Source: a virus | Lineage: Duplodnaviria; Caudoviricetes | Direction: 5' to 3' (one strand) | Length of the DNA: 41,043 nt | Virus record (IMG/VR): IMGVR_UViG_3300037419_002305 | Coordinates: 1 to 41,043 of that record | Shown: piece after piece, positions 1 to 9,509 of the stretch | Numbering within the stretch: the first letter of the stretch is position 1 | Layout: every line of letters begins with the position of its first letter | Made by a program: the position numbers and the translations under genes | The notes under the pieces: generated by a model | The model's database searches: none | The model's input: only the letters and a program-made list of their open reading frames with translations | What the model was told of the DNA's origin: nothing

Positions 1-115
1 TAAAGGCTTTATCCGTAATGCCGGCACCAATATCAACGATGGCCGGGCGCAGTCTTTCCGGTTGATCTGTTCGGCAGACACCGACCTCACCCCTTTAATT
101 GACACACATGGCTAA
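1..115 (+). CDS. 3' end of an upstream (probably tail/structural) gene, truncated by window start
   Basis: Open frame from base 2 (KGFIRNAGTNINDG...TPLIDTHG*) ends TAA 113-115 and overlaps the next ATG at 108. Confidence 0.6.
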   Translation, partial: KGFIRNAGTNINDGRAQSFRLICSADTDLTPLIDTHG

Positions 116-1034
116 TATACTTTACTTTCCCAAACTAAACCCGGTCCGCTTCTTTCTGCCTGACCCATCCCAAACCTACCATTCCCGGCATTTGGACGAC
201 TTTGAATTTTTTGATTCCATCCTGCCCTGGCAGGAGCAGAGGGATTACTACCAGCCGTGGGAGAGCGCCGATCTAATTAAACTGTATTTAGAAGCGGATT
301 TCGGGCCGCATAATGTAAACATCCTGGATTTGGAGGGTAGTGTAGTGACTACCGTTTCCTTTCAGCAGATTAAGCAAGACGAGGACAACCCCGACCTGTA
401 TATCTATAGGTTGGACCTTGACCTTTCGGCCCTGTCCCACGGCGGCTACCGCTTGCAGTTAGCCAGCGGAATCGACGAGCCATTAATTTTACAAAGTAAT
501 GTGCTTTCCATTTGCGAAATTCAGGAGAATACCTTAGTTTTGGATTACCGGAATAGTCAGTACCACGAAGGAATATTCTGGGACACACCTTACTATCCCT
601 CTTTACGCATTGAAGGGGGTATCTTCTTTAAAGCTCCCGCCTCCAAGGATTTTTCTTACGAAGACCAGCCTTTAGATGAAACGCTGTTATCGTCCATCCC
701 GTATCGGCTTTTTGAGCTGATCATCGGCGATAGCTTTGGTGTACCGCCGTACATGATCGATCTGGTAAATCGGATTTTATCCTGCGATGATGTGCTGATT
801 GATGGCAGGGCGTACACCAAATCAGAAGGGGCCCGGTTTGAAGCCATAGAGCAGGAGGGGCTACCGACCAAAGCATGGAAGATTGAAATGCGCGAATCGG
901 TGAACCGTCCTTCTCAGGTTTTCCAAAACCAAGAACCCCAAAACGCACGGCTTACCGTGATGATCACCGCCGATTCAAAAGGCTTTGGCAAAGACACCGG
1001 AGGAACTACGTATGACATTAACGATGTGCAATGA
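108..1034 (+). CDS. putative virion structural/tail protein
   Basis: Long ORF, ATG 108 coupled to upstream stop; position before fibre genes; no family motif recognised. Confidence 0.55.
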   Translation: MANILYFPKLNPVRFFLPDPSQTYHSRHLDDFEFFDSILPWQEQRDYYQPWESADLIKLYLEADFGPHNVNILDLEGSVVTTVSFQQIKQDEDNPDLYIYRLDLDLSALSHGGYRLQLASGIDEPLILQSNVLSICEIQENTLVLDYRNSQYHEGIFWDTPYYPSLRIEGGIFFKAPASKDFSYEDQPLDETLLSSIPYRLFELIIGDSFGVPPYMIDLVNRILSCDDVLIDGRAYTKSEGARFEAIEQEGLPTKAWKIEMRESVNRPSQVFQNQEPQNARLTVMITADSKGFGKDTGGTTYDINDVQ

Positions 1035-1054
1035 TGCACACAAAACGTAGTTAA

Positions 1055-2446
1055 ATGGGATTTATCGGTCTTACCTTGGATTCGTCCGGCTATTCAGGCT
1101 ATCTGATAGCGGTTATTTATAAGGGCTCTTCTCCTTTGGTGGAAGTGGACCGCTCACCGGCCTTCCCTTTCCCGGTCGCAACAGTGCATGACTTTATCAA
1201 TTTATCCGATGAAGTCTATGTAGTCAAGCTCTTTCAGTCCAGCAATGGGGTAGCCCTGACCACACTCATTAGAACCTGGGATATTGACGCGGGTAAAGGG
1301 GGTAAAATCTCTTTTCAGAAGTTCCAGTACCAAACCGACCGGGGTAATTCAGAAGTCGGCGTATGGGCCGACCCCGTAACCGGCGACACCCAGATCAATG
1401 ATACAAGGCTATTAGGCGCCGCCCAAACGGATGTTACTTTTGCGACCGAAGGCAAAGGAGAGCGGCTGTATGCGGATTGGGAACTGCTTCCCACAGGAGG
1501 GATTAAGCTCTTAAACCCCGATGAAACCTTTGATAACGGGCAGGCCATTTTTGTGACCCTGACCGCTACCCAGGCAGGAGCGAGCGGCACCCCGGCGCCT
1601 TCAACTTCGGAGTTTTCTACCGTTATCGATGTAAGCGCAGATACTACGTTTGACACCGCGCATAAAAACTGTTTGCTCAATTGCACGGGCGCAGCGGCGG
1701 TGACGACCTACACCCTTTCTTCTCTGGCTACCATGCCCGATTGCAAGCTGGCTTTCTCCACCCACTCGATGACGGGTAACTACCTGACCATTCAGTTTGC
1801 AGGCTCGGACACCGTGAAGTTTTGGGGCGGGGACAAAGGTCAAATCCATCTTGCCAAAGGAAGAGAAATTACCCTTTTGTTTAAGTCGGGGACGGCTTAT
1901 ATTTTGCCCGGCTCCAATCATGGCTATGACCGTAGGGGCCAACGCCAACTGGTAGACGCTGTAGGGCTGAACCAGCTACTCGCAGACGGGCAAACCGAAT
2001 ACCAGATTGCGGAATGGCCGGGAATAGTCGAATGGATTCAATCGCTGCCCGCCCACATGATTATTACCTCTTACCTGTCATGGACACCCACTTATGGGAT
2101 TCACAAATTCTATTATAACGAATCATTGGGCGTGTTTCGCCTGCCCGATGACCGGGGAATGTTCTACCGGGCACTGAACGGGTTTACCGGCGGAACAGAC
2201 CCGGACCGCTACGCTACCAACGGCGCTATCGGGGGCACGAACTCCAACACACCCGGAACCTATCAGGCTGATGAAGTAAAGCAGCATAGCCATGATTATC
2301 AGTTGGCCACCGGCACTGCCAGCGGCGGCACACTGGTATACGGGCGGGGCGGCACACCCTTGAGTGCCAAAGGCTCCACAGACGCTTATGGAGGCTCAGA
2401 AACCAGGGGTAAAAACGTTGGCCAATTGGCCGTTATGAACATTTAA
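1055..2446 (+). CDS. tail fibre protein with C-terminal tail-collar-like region
   Basis: C-terminal FRLPDDRGMFYR...GTYQADEVKQHSH...SETRGKNV pattern typical of collar/fibre tips; Gly/Thr-rich. Confidence 0.8.
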   Translation: MGFIGLTLDSSGYSGYLIAVIYKGSSPLVEVDRSPAFPFPVATVHDFINLSDEVYVVKLFQSSNGVALTTLIRTWDIDAGKGGKISFQKFQYQTDRGNSEVGVWADPVTGDTQINDTRLLGAAQTDVTFATEGKGERLYADWELLPTGGIKLLNPDETFDNGQAIFVTLTATQAGASGTPAPSTSEFSTVIDVSADTTFDTAHKNCLLNCTGAAAVTTYTLSSLATMPDCKLAFSTHSMTGNYLTIQFAGSDTVKFWGGDKGQIHLAKGREITLLFKSGTAYILPGSNHGYDRRGQRQLVDAVGLNQLLADGQTEYQIAEWPGIVEWIQSLPAHMIITSYLSWTPTYGIHKFYYNESLGVFRLPDDRGMFYRALNGFTGGTDPDRYATNGAIGGTNSNTPGTYQADEVKQHSHDYQLATGTASGGTLVYGRGGTPLSAKGSTDAYGGSETRGKNVGQLAVMNI

Positions 2447-2449
2447 GCT

Positions 2450-3811
2450 ATGAAACGATTCCTCATATTCATCTTAGTATTGGTCAGTCTGAACGCCTTT
2501 TCGCAAGGCGGGATACAAAAAGTGAACGGCTACGGGTTTCACTACAATAGGCACTATGCCGACACCTTGCAGGGGCTACCCCGTGACACCTTTGCCGTGC
2601 CTGCGGCGTTAAAAACGCTGGCGTGGATTGCGGCTAAAAACGAACTGCTCTACTTTTGGTCTTCTTCCTTAAACAAATGGATTCAGGCTGGCGGTGGCAG
2701 TGGCGGTGGGGTATACAGCGCCGGGCTATTTTTAAGCCTTTCCGCTAATAGGTTTGCTTTTGATACCACGGCTTTTAAAACCTGGCTGCGTACGGATTCG
2801 ATCTACGTGGTGACGCCCTTAAAAGTAAAGGCAGGAGCGGTCATGGACACCCTGTATCAAAACGTGGTGTCCAGTACGGATTCTGGTTATGTTACCCCTG
2901 TGATGAAAGGAAAGTGGGACACCGCTTATTTAAAACAACCCATTTCCGGGTCGTATGCTTCGGGCACCATAACCGTCACGGTAAAAGATGGCAGTACGTG
3001 GACCATTCCCGGCCTTCCAACAGGGGGCGGGGGCAGTGGGGTTTCGGAGTTTAGAAACCTAACGGACGTTAACCTGTCCGCTACCTATGGCTCTTTGCCC
3101 GATAGCAGGGTAGCGATCTATGATTCAGCAACCCAAAAATGGAAGGATCAGGCAGCGGCCCGCTTTAACCTGACATCTCCTGTATTGGATTCCTCTATTG
3201 TGATCTATGATTCCGTAAACCGAGAGTGGGTCAACGCCCCCTATCCCGTAGGTACAGGTGGCAGTGGCAGCACCCCCACACTGCTACAGGTCTTAACGGC
3301 GGGCAATATCGGCAAGGGCCGGATTGACCTTACCACCGGCAGCGGGTTTTCTTCCACCGGCGATGTGGCGTATCTCGCTTTGGGTAACGCTTCTTCGGGC
3401 CCACCGGAATACCACATTAAAGTGGTGCCGTGGGGGGATTTGTTTTTAGGGGCTTCCGGTGGGTCTACCGGCGGGGTTATCGTCTCACCCGATGGCTCCC
3501 TTACCTTAAATAGCGGCGTTTCCTATCGCACCGACAGCAAGACTGCCAATTACACGGCCACCGCTACAGACTACACGATTTTAACCGATGCTACCGCAGG
3601 GGCTATTACGATTTCCCTACCCGATGCTTCTTCGCTATCGGGTAAGACCTACATCATTAAAAAAACGGATGGTTCCTCAAATGCAGTAACGATTGACCCC
3701 AATGGTTCGCAAACCATTGACGGGGTTACGACCTACACGTTATCCACCCAGTATAAATACGTCACCGTTCAAGCCTACGGCGGCAGCTGGCTAATCATAG
3801 GCAATAACTAA
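2450..3811 (+). CDS. tail-fibre-like protein with N-terminal signal peptide
   Basis: MKRFLIFILVLVSLNAFS|Q leader; Gly-rich linkers; C-terminal TANYTAT...YIIKKTD...TIDG...W domain resembling fibre C-termini. Confidence 0.65.
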   Translation: MKRFLIFILVLVSLNAFSQGGIQKVNGYGFHYNRHYADTLQGLPRDTFAVPAALKTLAWIAAKNELLYFWSSSLNKWIQAGGGSGGGVYSAGLFLSLSANRFAFDTTAFKTWLRTDSIYVVTPLKVKAGAVMDTLYQNVVSSTDSGYVTPVMKGKWDTAYLKQPISGSYASGTITVTVKDGSTWTIPGLPTGGGGSGVSEFRNLTDVNLSATYGSLPDSRVAIYDSATQKWKDQAAARFNLTSPVLDSSIVIYDSVNREWVNAPYPVGTGGSGSTPTLLQVLTAGNIGKGRIDLTTGSGFSSTGDVAYLALGNASSGPPEYHIKVVPWGDLFLGASGGSTGGVIVSPDGSLTLNSGVSYRTDSKTANYTATATDYTILTDATAGAITISLPDASSLSGKTYIIKKTDGSSNAVTIDPNGSQTIDGVTTYTLSTQYKYVTVQAYGGSWLIIGNN

Positions 3812-4518
3812 TGAAATACGCAGCCACCATATTACTTCTTTTGATTGCCTTAGTGAGTCAATCTCAAAGTGTACCGACCTTCTTTGGTTATTACAAGGAA
3901 AACACGGCGTACACGGTGTTAAGGGAATGGCGCCTCAATTTCGGCAACGAATACTTAGGCGAGATTATAACGGGTTGGGACAACCTTCGGATGGGACAAG
4001 GCGAAGCAGCCAGCACTCCCTTTGCCGCTTCCTACGGGAATTTACTCACCACTACCGGCGCGAATTCTACTCTGAGCGTGACAAGAACCAACGCCTGGCT
4101 GGGCGGCTATGGCGGGGCTCCGGTGTCCTCGGATGGCTACCCCCATTCCACAGCTATTCTCGCGGACGCCATTGTTGAAATGGCGTGGGTGTTTGGCGCT
4201 ACCGGCACCATACGCATCAGCGGGTTAAGCCCCAACCGCTTCTATCAGGTGCACCTTTTAGCCAACCACGACACCTATAGAAACACGGTAGCCACCTATC
4301 AGATTAACGGCGACTCGCAAACCAAAAACATTGCAGGGAATTATGGGGTAAGTGGGGATGACCCTTACACTTCGTCTACACTCCTTCACTTTCAAAACGT
4401 GCAAACGAACGCCCAAGGCTATTTTGATTTAGTGTGTACGTGGGTTTCGGGAAGTTTTGGAATAGAGGCCACCGTTAACGCATTAATCATTGAGGAAACC
4501 AATATCGCTAAACCATGA
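3811..4518 (+). CDS. signal-peptide protein, beta-rich, possibly carbohydrate-binding
   Basis: MKYAATILLLLIALVSQS|Q leader; TAATG coupling to the previous gene; ISGLSPNRFYQV beta-sandwich-like motif. Confidence 0.55.
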   Translation: MKYAATILLLLIALVSQSQSVPTFFGYYKENTAYTVLREWRLNFGNEYLGEIITGWDNLRMGQGEAASTPFAASYGNLLTTTGANSTLSVTRTNAWLGGYGGAPVSSDGYPHSTAILADAIVEMAWVFGATGTIRISGLSPNRFYQVHLLANHDTYRNTVATYQINGDSQTKNIAGNYGVSGDDPYTSSTLLHFQNVQTNAQGYFDLVCTWVSGSFGIEATVNALIIEETNIAKP

Positions 4519-6197
4519 GATTTTTTGCCACCATCATATTATCCACCTTTTTCACCTTCGCTCAAGGGCAGTTTAATAACTATGCCAATAATGCGGCGAA
4601 TGTGCCTACCTATTCGGGTCAGTACCGCTATGGCATGAACCCCGGCTACTATTACTACGTCAATTCACAGGGGGCGGAAATTTCTAATTGGAGGACTCAG
4701 CACATCATTGATTTGGGGGTCGGCTATAATGGGGCACTTGGAGTGGGGGCACACAGTTTTCGCATGAAGATTACGGATGAATTTCTGTATTACTTTGGCG
4801 ACAGTTCCTTACTGTCGGATTTCCAACATTTGCAAACTGTAGGATGCCAAGAAATTACAGCCTTTATAGGAGAACCTTCGCCGCTTAACCGTTGGGATAC
4901 GGCTTTCTATTCGGGCTTTGATGCTACGACCAAAACCTTTCGCGGACTTTATGAACCGGTGTGGTTGGATTACTCAGAACAGGTAATCAATCCAGACAAT
5001 ACGTTTGCCGCCTATTTATTTAAAATCGTTAAAATCTATGGCCCTTATGTCAAGTTCTGGGAAATTGTCAACGAACCGGATTTTACCTATGGGGCCGGCG
5101 GCTGGCTGGGTGACATTGATCCCCCGGCAGCGGGCTCGTGGTTTGACCATGATCCCACGCCGGAGGACTTAGTGAACCTTCGCGTGCCCATTGAGTACTA
5201 TATCCGGATGCTGCGCATCTCTTGGGAAGTGATTAAGCACCTCTATCCCTCCTCCTATATCTGTACCGGGGGCATTGGCAACCGCTCCTTCCTGGCGGCG
5301 CTACTGCGCAATACCGATAACCCGGTAGATGGGTCGGTGAACGCTCAGTACCCCCTTAAAGGCGGGGCGTATTTTGATTGTTTATCCTTTCATACCTATC
5401 CGGAATTTTCACGCCTCTTAAAACACTGGGATAACACTATTGGAGGTAACGTCTACGAACGGCACTCGGACCGCGCTGTAGAAGGGCATCTACTCTTTAA
5501 GCACAATTTCGATTCCATTCTAAAAGTGAACGGCTATAACGGGATCACCTATCCCAAAAAAGTATTCATTGTTACCGAAACGGGTATGTCCAGAGTCATG
5601 GATAACGACAATGTAGGGGGTGTGGACATTCAGCGCAACTACCTGATGAAATGTCACGTGAAAACACAAATGGATGGGCAGATCAAACAAACCTATTGGT
5701 ATCAGACCGGCGATGGATTAGATAGTACCTACCATTGGGACGCTTTTGGCCTGTTCAAATACTTCGGGGCTTCGATGCCCTACACGGCGACCCCTTCGAA
5801 TCAGGGGTGGGGGATGAAAACCGAATCTGCTTTACTGTATGGAAAAACCTATGATGGGGTGCAGACCGCAGCCCTTTCACTTCCCATAACCATTGACGGG
5901 GGAGCTTTCAGGGATGCGGCGGGCAATTATACTTATGTGCTGTGGGCTAAAACAACGACCGACCTTTCAGAGAGTACTTCAGCTACGTACTCGTTTCCCA
6001 CTGGAACGGATTCTTTGATTCGCTATGAGTGGGATTGGTCTCAGACCGGGATAACGACAACGATTAGTCCTAACTCGGTTTCTTTAACGGCTATACCCAG
6101 CTTCTTCACCGGCCAGGTCACGGTACCCAACCCGCCACCGGTAAGCAGCGGCACTACTAAAAACCAGTTTCAATTACCCATAAAACTCAAACAATAA
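4515..6197 (+). CDS. clan GH-A glycoside hydrolase (GH5/GH39-like) with signal peptide
   Basis: WEIVNEP acid/base motif, FDCLSFHTY, VTETG nucleophile motif; leader MRFFATIILSTFFTFAQG|Q. Confidence 0.8.
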   Translation: MRFFATIILSTFFTFAQGQFNNYANNAANVPTYSGQYRYGMNPGYYYYVNSQGAEISNWRTQHIIDLGVGYNGALGVGAHSFRMKITDEFLYYFGDSSLLSDFQHLQTVGCQEITAFIGEPSPLNRWDTAFYSGFDATTKTFRGLYEPVWLDYSEQVINPDNTFAAYLFKIVKIYGPYVKFWEIVNEPDFTYGAGGWLGDIDPPAAGSWFDHDPTPEDLVNLRVPIEYYIRMLRISWEVIKHLYPSSYICTGGIGNRSFLAALLRNTDNPVDGSVNAQYPLKGGAYFDCLSFHTYPEFSRLLKHWDNTIGGNVYERHSDRAVEGHLLFKHNFDSILKVNGYNGITYPKKVFIVTETGMSRVMDNDNVGGVDIQRNYLMKCHVKTQMDGQIKQTYWYQTGDGLDSTYHWDAFGLFKYFGASMPYTATPSNQGWGMKTESALLYGKTYDGVQTAALSLPITIDGGAFRDAAGNYTYVLWAKTTTDLSESTSATYSFPTGTDSLIRYEWDWSQTGITTTISPNSVSLTAIPSFFTGQVTVPNPPPVSSGTTKNQFQLPIKLKQ

Positions 6198-6202
6198 ACA
6201 AA

Positions 6203-7054
6203 ATGGCAACATTCGACATTTCCAAATCAGGCAGTGCAATTACCATCAATAACGTTACCGATGAAATACCCGGTAAATACACCCTTTCGGTAGATAGCCT
6301 AAATGAAATCCTAATCATTAAAGCCGAAGACGGGACTACCAAAGTAGAAATCCATGTATCTACCGATACGGTAAATATTAACGGGGATGCTTTTTCCGGC
6401 ACAGCAGCGGAACTAAAAGCTCAACTGTTAACGGACATCTTCGCTTCTTCCGGCGGCTCTGCGCCAAAAACATGGACGTTCTTACTTTCAGACGGTCATG
6501 TAACGATTAACGGGATAGAACCTTCGGGCCGTACCGTCAGAATAATGACCGATGTTTTTTCGAACAAGGTAATCATTCAAATCGACGGGAGTTCCTATGA
6601 AATCTCCCTGCCGTACGACAGCGTTACCATCAACGGCACTCCCTTTTCGGGCACCATAGGTGAACTGCAAACAGCACTGACAGACGATATTTTTTCAGGC
6701 TGGGTTTTGGATAGCGGGCCGGCCCCCTATAACAAATACGTAGCCATCCTGACCCAAACGGGAACAAGTGTCCCTACTGTTACCGAGCTGGAAAATACCA
6801 TCGGGGTGCTGGTGCTTTCAAGAGCCACCGCAGGACAATACAATTTAACCAAGACGGGCGCATTCCCGGCGGGGCGCACCTTTATCCATACCACGTGCAG
6901 CGTAACAGGAGCCGGTTTTGTGGTGGGGGCAGACCGATTCGATGAGGATAATATAGCTATTGTGGTATTTGATGAGACATTCAGCAGTGTGGACGTGGGC
7001 GGGTTCAGTACAGGAGCCATCTACGTAGAGATCCGGGTTTATCCGGCAGCGTAA
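6203..7054 (+). CDS. putative structural/fibre-associated protein with internal duplication
   Basis: Two repeats (INGDAFSGTAAELKAQLLTDIF / INGTPFSGTIGELQTALTDDIF); C-terminal YVAILTQTGT...LENTIG domain. Confidence 0.55.
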   Translation: MATFDISKSGSAITINNVTDEIPGKYTLSVDSLNEILIIKAEDGTTKVEIHVSTDTVNINGDAFSGTAAELKAQLLTDIFASSGGSAPKTWTFLLSDGHVTINGIEPSGRTVRIMTDVFSNKVIIQIDGSSYEISLPYDSVTINGTPFSGTIGELQTALTDDIFSGWVLDSGPAPYNKYVAILTQTGTSVPTVTELENTIGVLVLSRATAGQYNLTKTGAFPAGRTFIHTTCSVTGAGFVVGADRFDEDNIAIVVFDETFSSVDVGGFSTGAIYVEIRVYPAA

Positions 7055-7152
7055 AACTAAATCTAAAGAGGCGTGCCCTGCTCTTTATGGGTGGGGCCCT
7101 CCTTTCAACTAAAAAAAGGGTGCCTCTGGGTAAGCACCCCTTACAAATAAAA

Positions 7153-7341
7153 ATGGAAAAGCCGCAACTACAAACCTTCGTCTCCATCCTTACGGCAGGC
7201 CTTTCGTGGATTTCGCTGCAGAATATGCAGGTCTTGGCCGCCATTGTAGCCTCCATTGTAGCGGCCCTGTCGGGGACGCTGGCGGGGGTGAATTGGTGGT
7301 ACTCGATACAGGAAAAGCGTAAAAACTTAAAATCAAAATGA
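7153..7341 (+). CDS. holin-like membrane protein
   Basis: ATG 7153 after A-rich stretch; hydrophobic segments; basic C-terminus; start of lysis cluster. Confidence 0.5.
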   Translation: MEKPQLQTFVSILTAGLSWISLQNMQVLAAIVASIVAALSGTLAGVNWWYSIQEKRKNLKSK

Positions 7342-7562
7342 AAAAGATTCTGGAAACCTTTTCGAAAACCGAAGTAAGAAACATCATTGCCCTGACCTAT
7401 ATCCTGTTGTGTCTGGGGTATATCTACATCCTGGCCTTTGTGAAAGTACCCCCGGAGAATAAAGACTTGGTCAACGTCTTGGGGGGTAGTGTGATCGGGG
7501 GGCTGGGGTTAATCCTTGCCTACTTCTTTGGCTCTTCCAAGGGCGATAGTAAAACACCTTAA
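7338..7562 (+). CDS. putative holin (2 TM)
   Basis: Two hydrophobic helices, ends YFFGSSK; lysis context. Confidence 0.65.
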   Translation: MKKILETFSKTEVRNIIALTYILLCLGYIYILAFVKVPPENKDLVNVLGGSVIGGLGLILAYFFGSSKGDSKTP

Positions 7563-7563
7563 T

Positions 7564-8160
7564 ATGAAAAAAGACAAATACCGCTACGACCACCTGTGGA
7601 TATGGTTTGTATTTCTTCTGTTGTTAGGCGTACTGCTTATGGTCGGCTGCGCTTCTTCAAAAGTAAAAAGCAGTAGTTATCAAAAACTGGATAGTACGCA
7701 CCTAAAAGCAGAAAGAACCGATAGTACAGGGGTCAAAGAGTCCACACAGATAAAAAAAGCAGATACGCAGGAAGACAATACCATCGTGATTGACTTTGGC
7801 GATACGGGGATTTATCATCCTCATCCCGATTCCGGCTTTCAGGATAGGGGGATTTACGTCAGCCCTTCAGAGTACTTCTCCCTGTCCAGTACAGGCGAAA
7901 TCCGGGCCTCAAAAGTGCCTCAAAGGGTTATCATTAAAAACCTTCGACAAGTGAGTACAAGCGATTCTATAGCCTTAAAAGACATGGCAAATGAGAACCA
8001 TTCGAAGATTGAAGTCTCGGAGGTACAAAAAGAGGAAAAGAAAGTAGAGAAAGCGAAGTATGCCTTTAATCTTCTTTGGCTTCTGTGGCTGCTTTTGATT
8101 CCTGTAGGGGCGTGGGTGTGGAAGAACCGGAGTAAGATTATGGCGTTTTATCCTTTTTAA
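7564..8160 (+). CDS. lipoprotein, putative unimolecular spanin
   Basis: Lipobox LMVG-C after a hydrophobic leader plus C-terminal TM (LLWLLWLLLIPVGAWVW); follows holins. Confidence 0.6.
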   Translation: MKKDKYRYDHLWIWFVFLLLLGVLLMVGCASSKVKSSSYQKLDSTHLKAERTDSTGVKESTQIKKADTQEDNTIVIDFGDTGIYHPHPDSGFQDRGIYVSPSEYFSLSSTGEIRASKVPQRVIIKNLRQVSTSDSIALKDMANENHSKIEVSEVQKEEKKVEKAKYAFNLLWLLWLLLIPVGAWVWKNRSKIMAFYPF

Positions 8161-8195
8161 CCATGGATTTATGTCCAATATCCATGGTCTTTTTT
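8160..8195 (+). terminator. intrinsic terminator
   Basis: Stem accatggat/atccatggt followed by a T6 tract. Confidence 0.65.
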
Positions 8196-8207
8196 CAACG
8201 CATAAAT

Positions 8208-8280
8208 GATGATGAACCCAGCTTTGGAATATCTATTGAGCTTTTCTTGCGTCGCACACTTCAACACCTTGTTCATTATG
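8208..8280 (-). repeat. dispersed cassette-end repeat, left-type copy 1
   Basis: gatgatg-aacccagc...cta...ttgcgtcgcacac; reverse-complement core GTGTGCGACGCAAG. Confidence 0.8.
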
Positions 8281-8336
8281 GAGCCATGTTCCCGGTTCGT
8301 GAACAGCAATATAAAATGAACTAAACTCAAACAAAA

Positions 8337-8534
8337 ATGTATATACCGCCCACAGGAAATAAAATCTGTTTTGCCCCTTGCCCGGAGGGAGTTCCTTGCG
8401 AGTGTAGGGCCAGAATATTAGTTGACATAATGAAGTGCGATGAACAATTGGGTCTATACGATTTGCCCAGTAGCGATCAGAACCTTGAAGAGAGTGACAC
8501 AACGGAAGATGCTAGTAGCAGTGTAGCTGGATAA
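8337..8534 (+). CDS. small Cys-rich hypothetical protein (cassette cargo)
   Basis: A-rich start; C-terminus SDQNLEESDTTED encoded by the repeat. Confidence 0.5.
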   Translation: MYIPPTGNKICFAPCPEGVPCECRARILVDIMKCDEQLGLYDLPSSDQNLEESDTTEDASSSVAG

Positions 8535-8535
8535 C
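8471..8535 (+). repeat. dispersed cassette-end repeat, right-type copy 2
   Basis: tagcgatcagaac...gagagtgacacaac...tagtag...gctggataac. Confidence 0.85.
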
Positions 8536-8627
8536 AAATCATTGTGGCAGGCCGCCACTCCTATGAACCACCAACCCGCACCCTGAAGAAATTTTTTAAT
8601 CCGTACTCCTATATTAAATCTAATACT

Positions 8628-8921
8628 ATGGGAGACACTATTCAATTAGGGCGGGCGCAGATGGACGTACTGCTGCTCACCGCAGAGGGGCTAACCTCAA
8701 AACAGATTGCCCAAAAAAAGGGCATCAGCCAAAAGACCGTAGAAGCCGAAAAGTACACGGTTTTAAAAAAGTTTGGGGCCAAAAGCATGGTGCAGGCCGT
8801 GATCCTGGCCTTTAAAATGGGGATGATCGAACACCCCGAAGCCTTCACCAAAATGCCGAAAACCAAGAGCATTAAATACCTAAAAGACGGCAAGATCGCT
8901 CGAAAAACAATCATCATTTAA
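8628..8921 (+). CDS. LuxR/GerE-type HTH regulator
   Basis: VLLLTAEGLTSKQIAQKKGISQKTVE...KKFGAKS pattern; ATG 8628. Confidence 0.8.
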   Translation: MGDTIQLGRAQMDVLLLTAEGLTSKQIAQKKGISQKTVEAEKYTVLKKFGAKSMVQAVILAFKMGMIEHPEAFTKMPKTKSIKYLKDGKIARKTIII

Positions 8922-8932
8922 AATCTGACCCT

Positions 8933-9499
8933 ATGGCAAACTTCTTAGATGCGTACAAAGTAGTAATGGGCAACGAAGGCGGGTATGCGAACGATTCGCA
9001 GGACAGCGGGGGCGAAACCTACAAAGGAATTTCCCGCAACAACTTCCCCGACTGGCGCGGCTGGAAGATCGTAGATCGCTACAAAGGCAAATGGAACTTT
9101 TCAGCCCTGCTTTCCCAAGACATGGATTTGGAAGCCGCAGTACAGGAATTCTACAAAGCAGCGTTTTGGGACGCCCTGTCTTTGGACTATGTAAAAGACT
9201 ACCGACTGGCCCTTGAACTATTTGATACGGCGGTGAATTGCGGGGTAAAGACTTCCGGCCGCTTTGCCCAAATAGCCCTCAATGTGCTAAACAACAACCA
9301 AAAACTATACTTAGACATTGAAGAAGACGGCATTATTGGCCCTCAAACCCTTCGGCTGATAAACAACCACACCAAACCCGCGGCGCTCTTAAAAGTGCTC
9401 AATGTGCTTCAGGGGGCACGGTATATAGAGATTTCCAAAAGCAACCACACACAAGAGAAATTCATGAATGCCTGGCTGTCCAGGGTATCGCTCAACTAA
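8933..9499 (+). CDS. endolysin, GH108 lysozyme with peptidoglycan-binding domain
   Basis: EGGYAND..D.GGET.KGI motif; FDTAVNCG; DGIIGPQT; C-terminal F..AW..R. Confidence 0.9.
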   Translation: MANFLDAYKVVMGNEGGYANDSQDSGGETYKGISRNNFPDWRGWKIVDRYKGKWNFSALLSQDMDLEAAVQEFYKAAFWDALSLDYVKDYRLALELFDTAVNCGVKTSGRFAQIALNVLNNNQKLYLDIEEDGIIGPQTLRLINNHTKPAALLKVLNVLQGARYIEISKSNHTQEKFMNAWLSRVSLN

Positions 9500-9509
9500 C
9501 TAAATCCTT

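Noticed and set aside
1055-7054. Diversity-generating retroelement targeting fibre genes
   Set aside because: No reverse transcriptase ORF and no adenine-variant TR/VR pair noticed in the window.
8233-8502. Minus-strand ORFs containing VCDA/ECDAT (also 10626-10832, 24172-24354, 31296-31499)
   Set aside because: The shared peptide is just the translated repeat; no independent evidence of coding.
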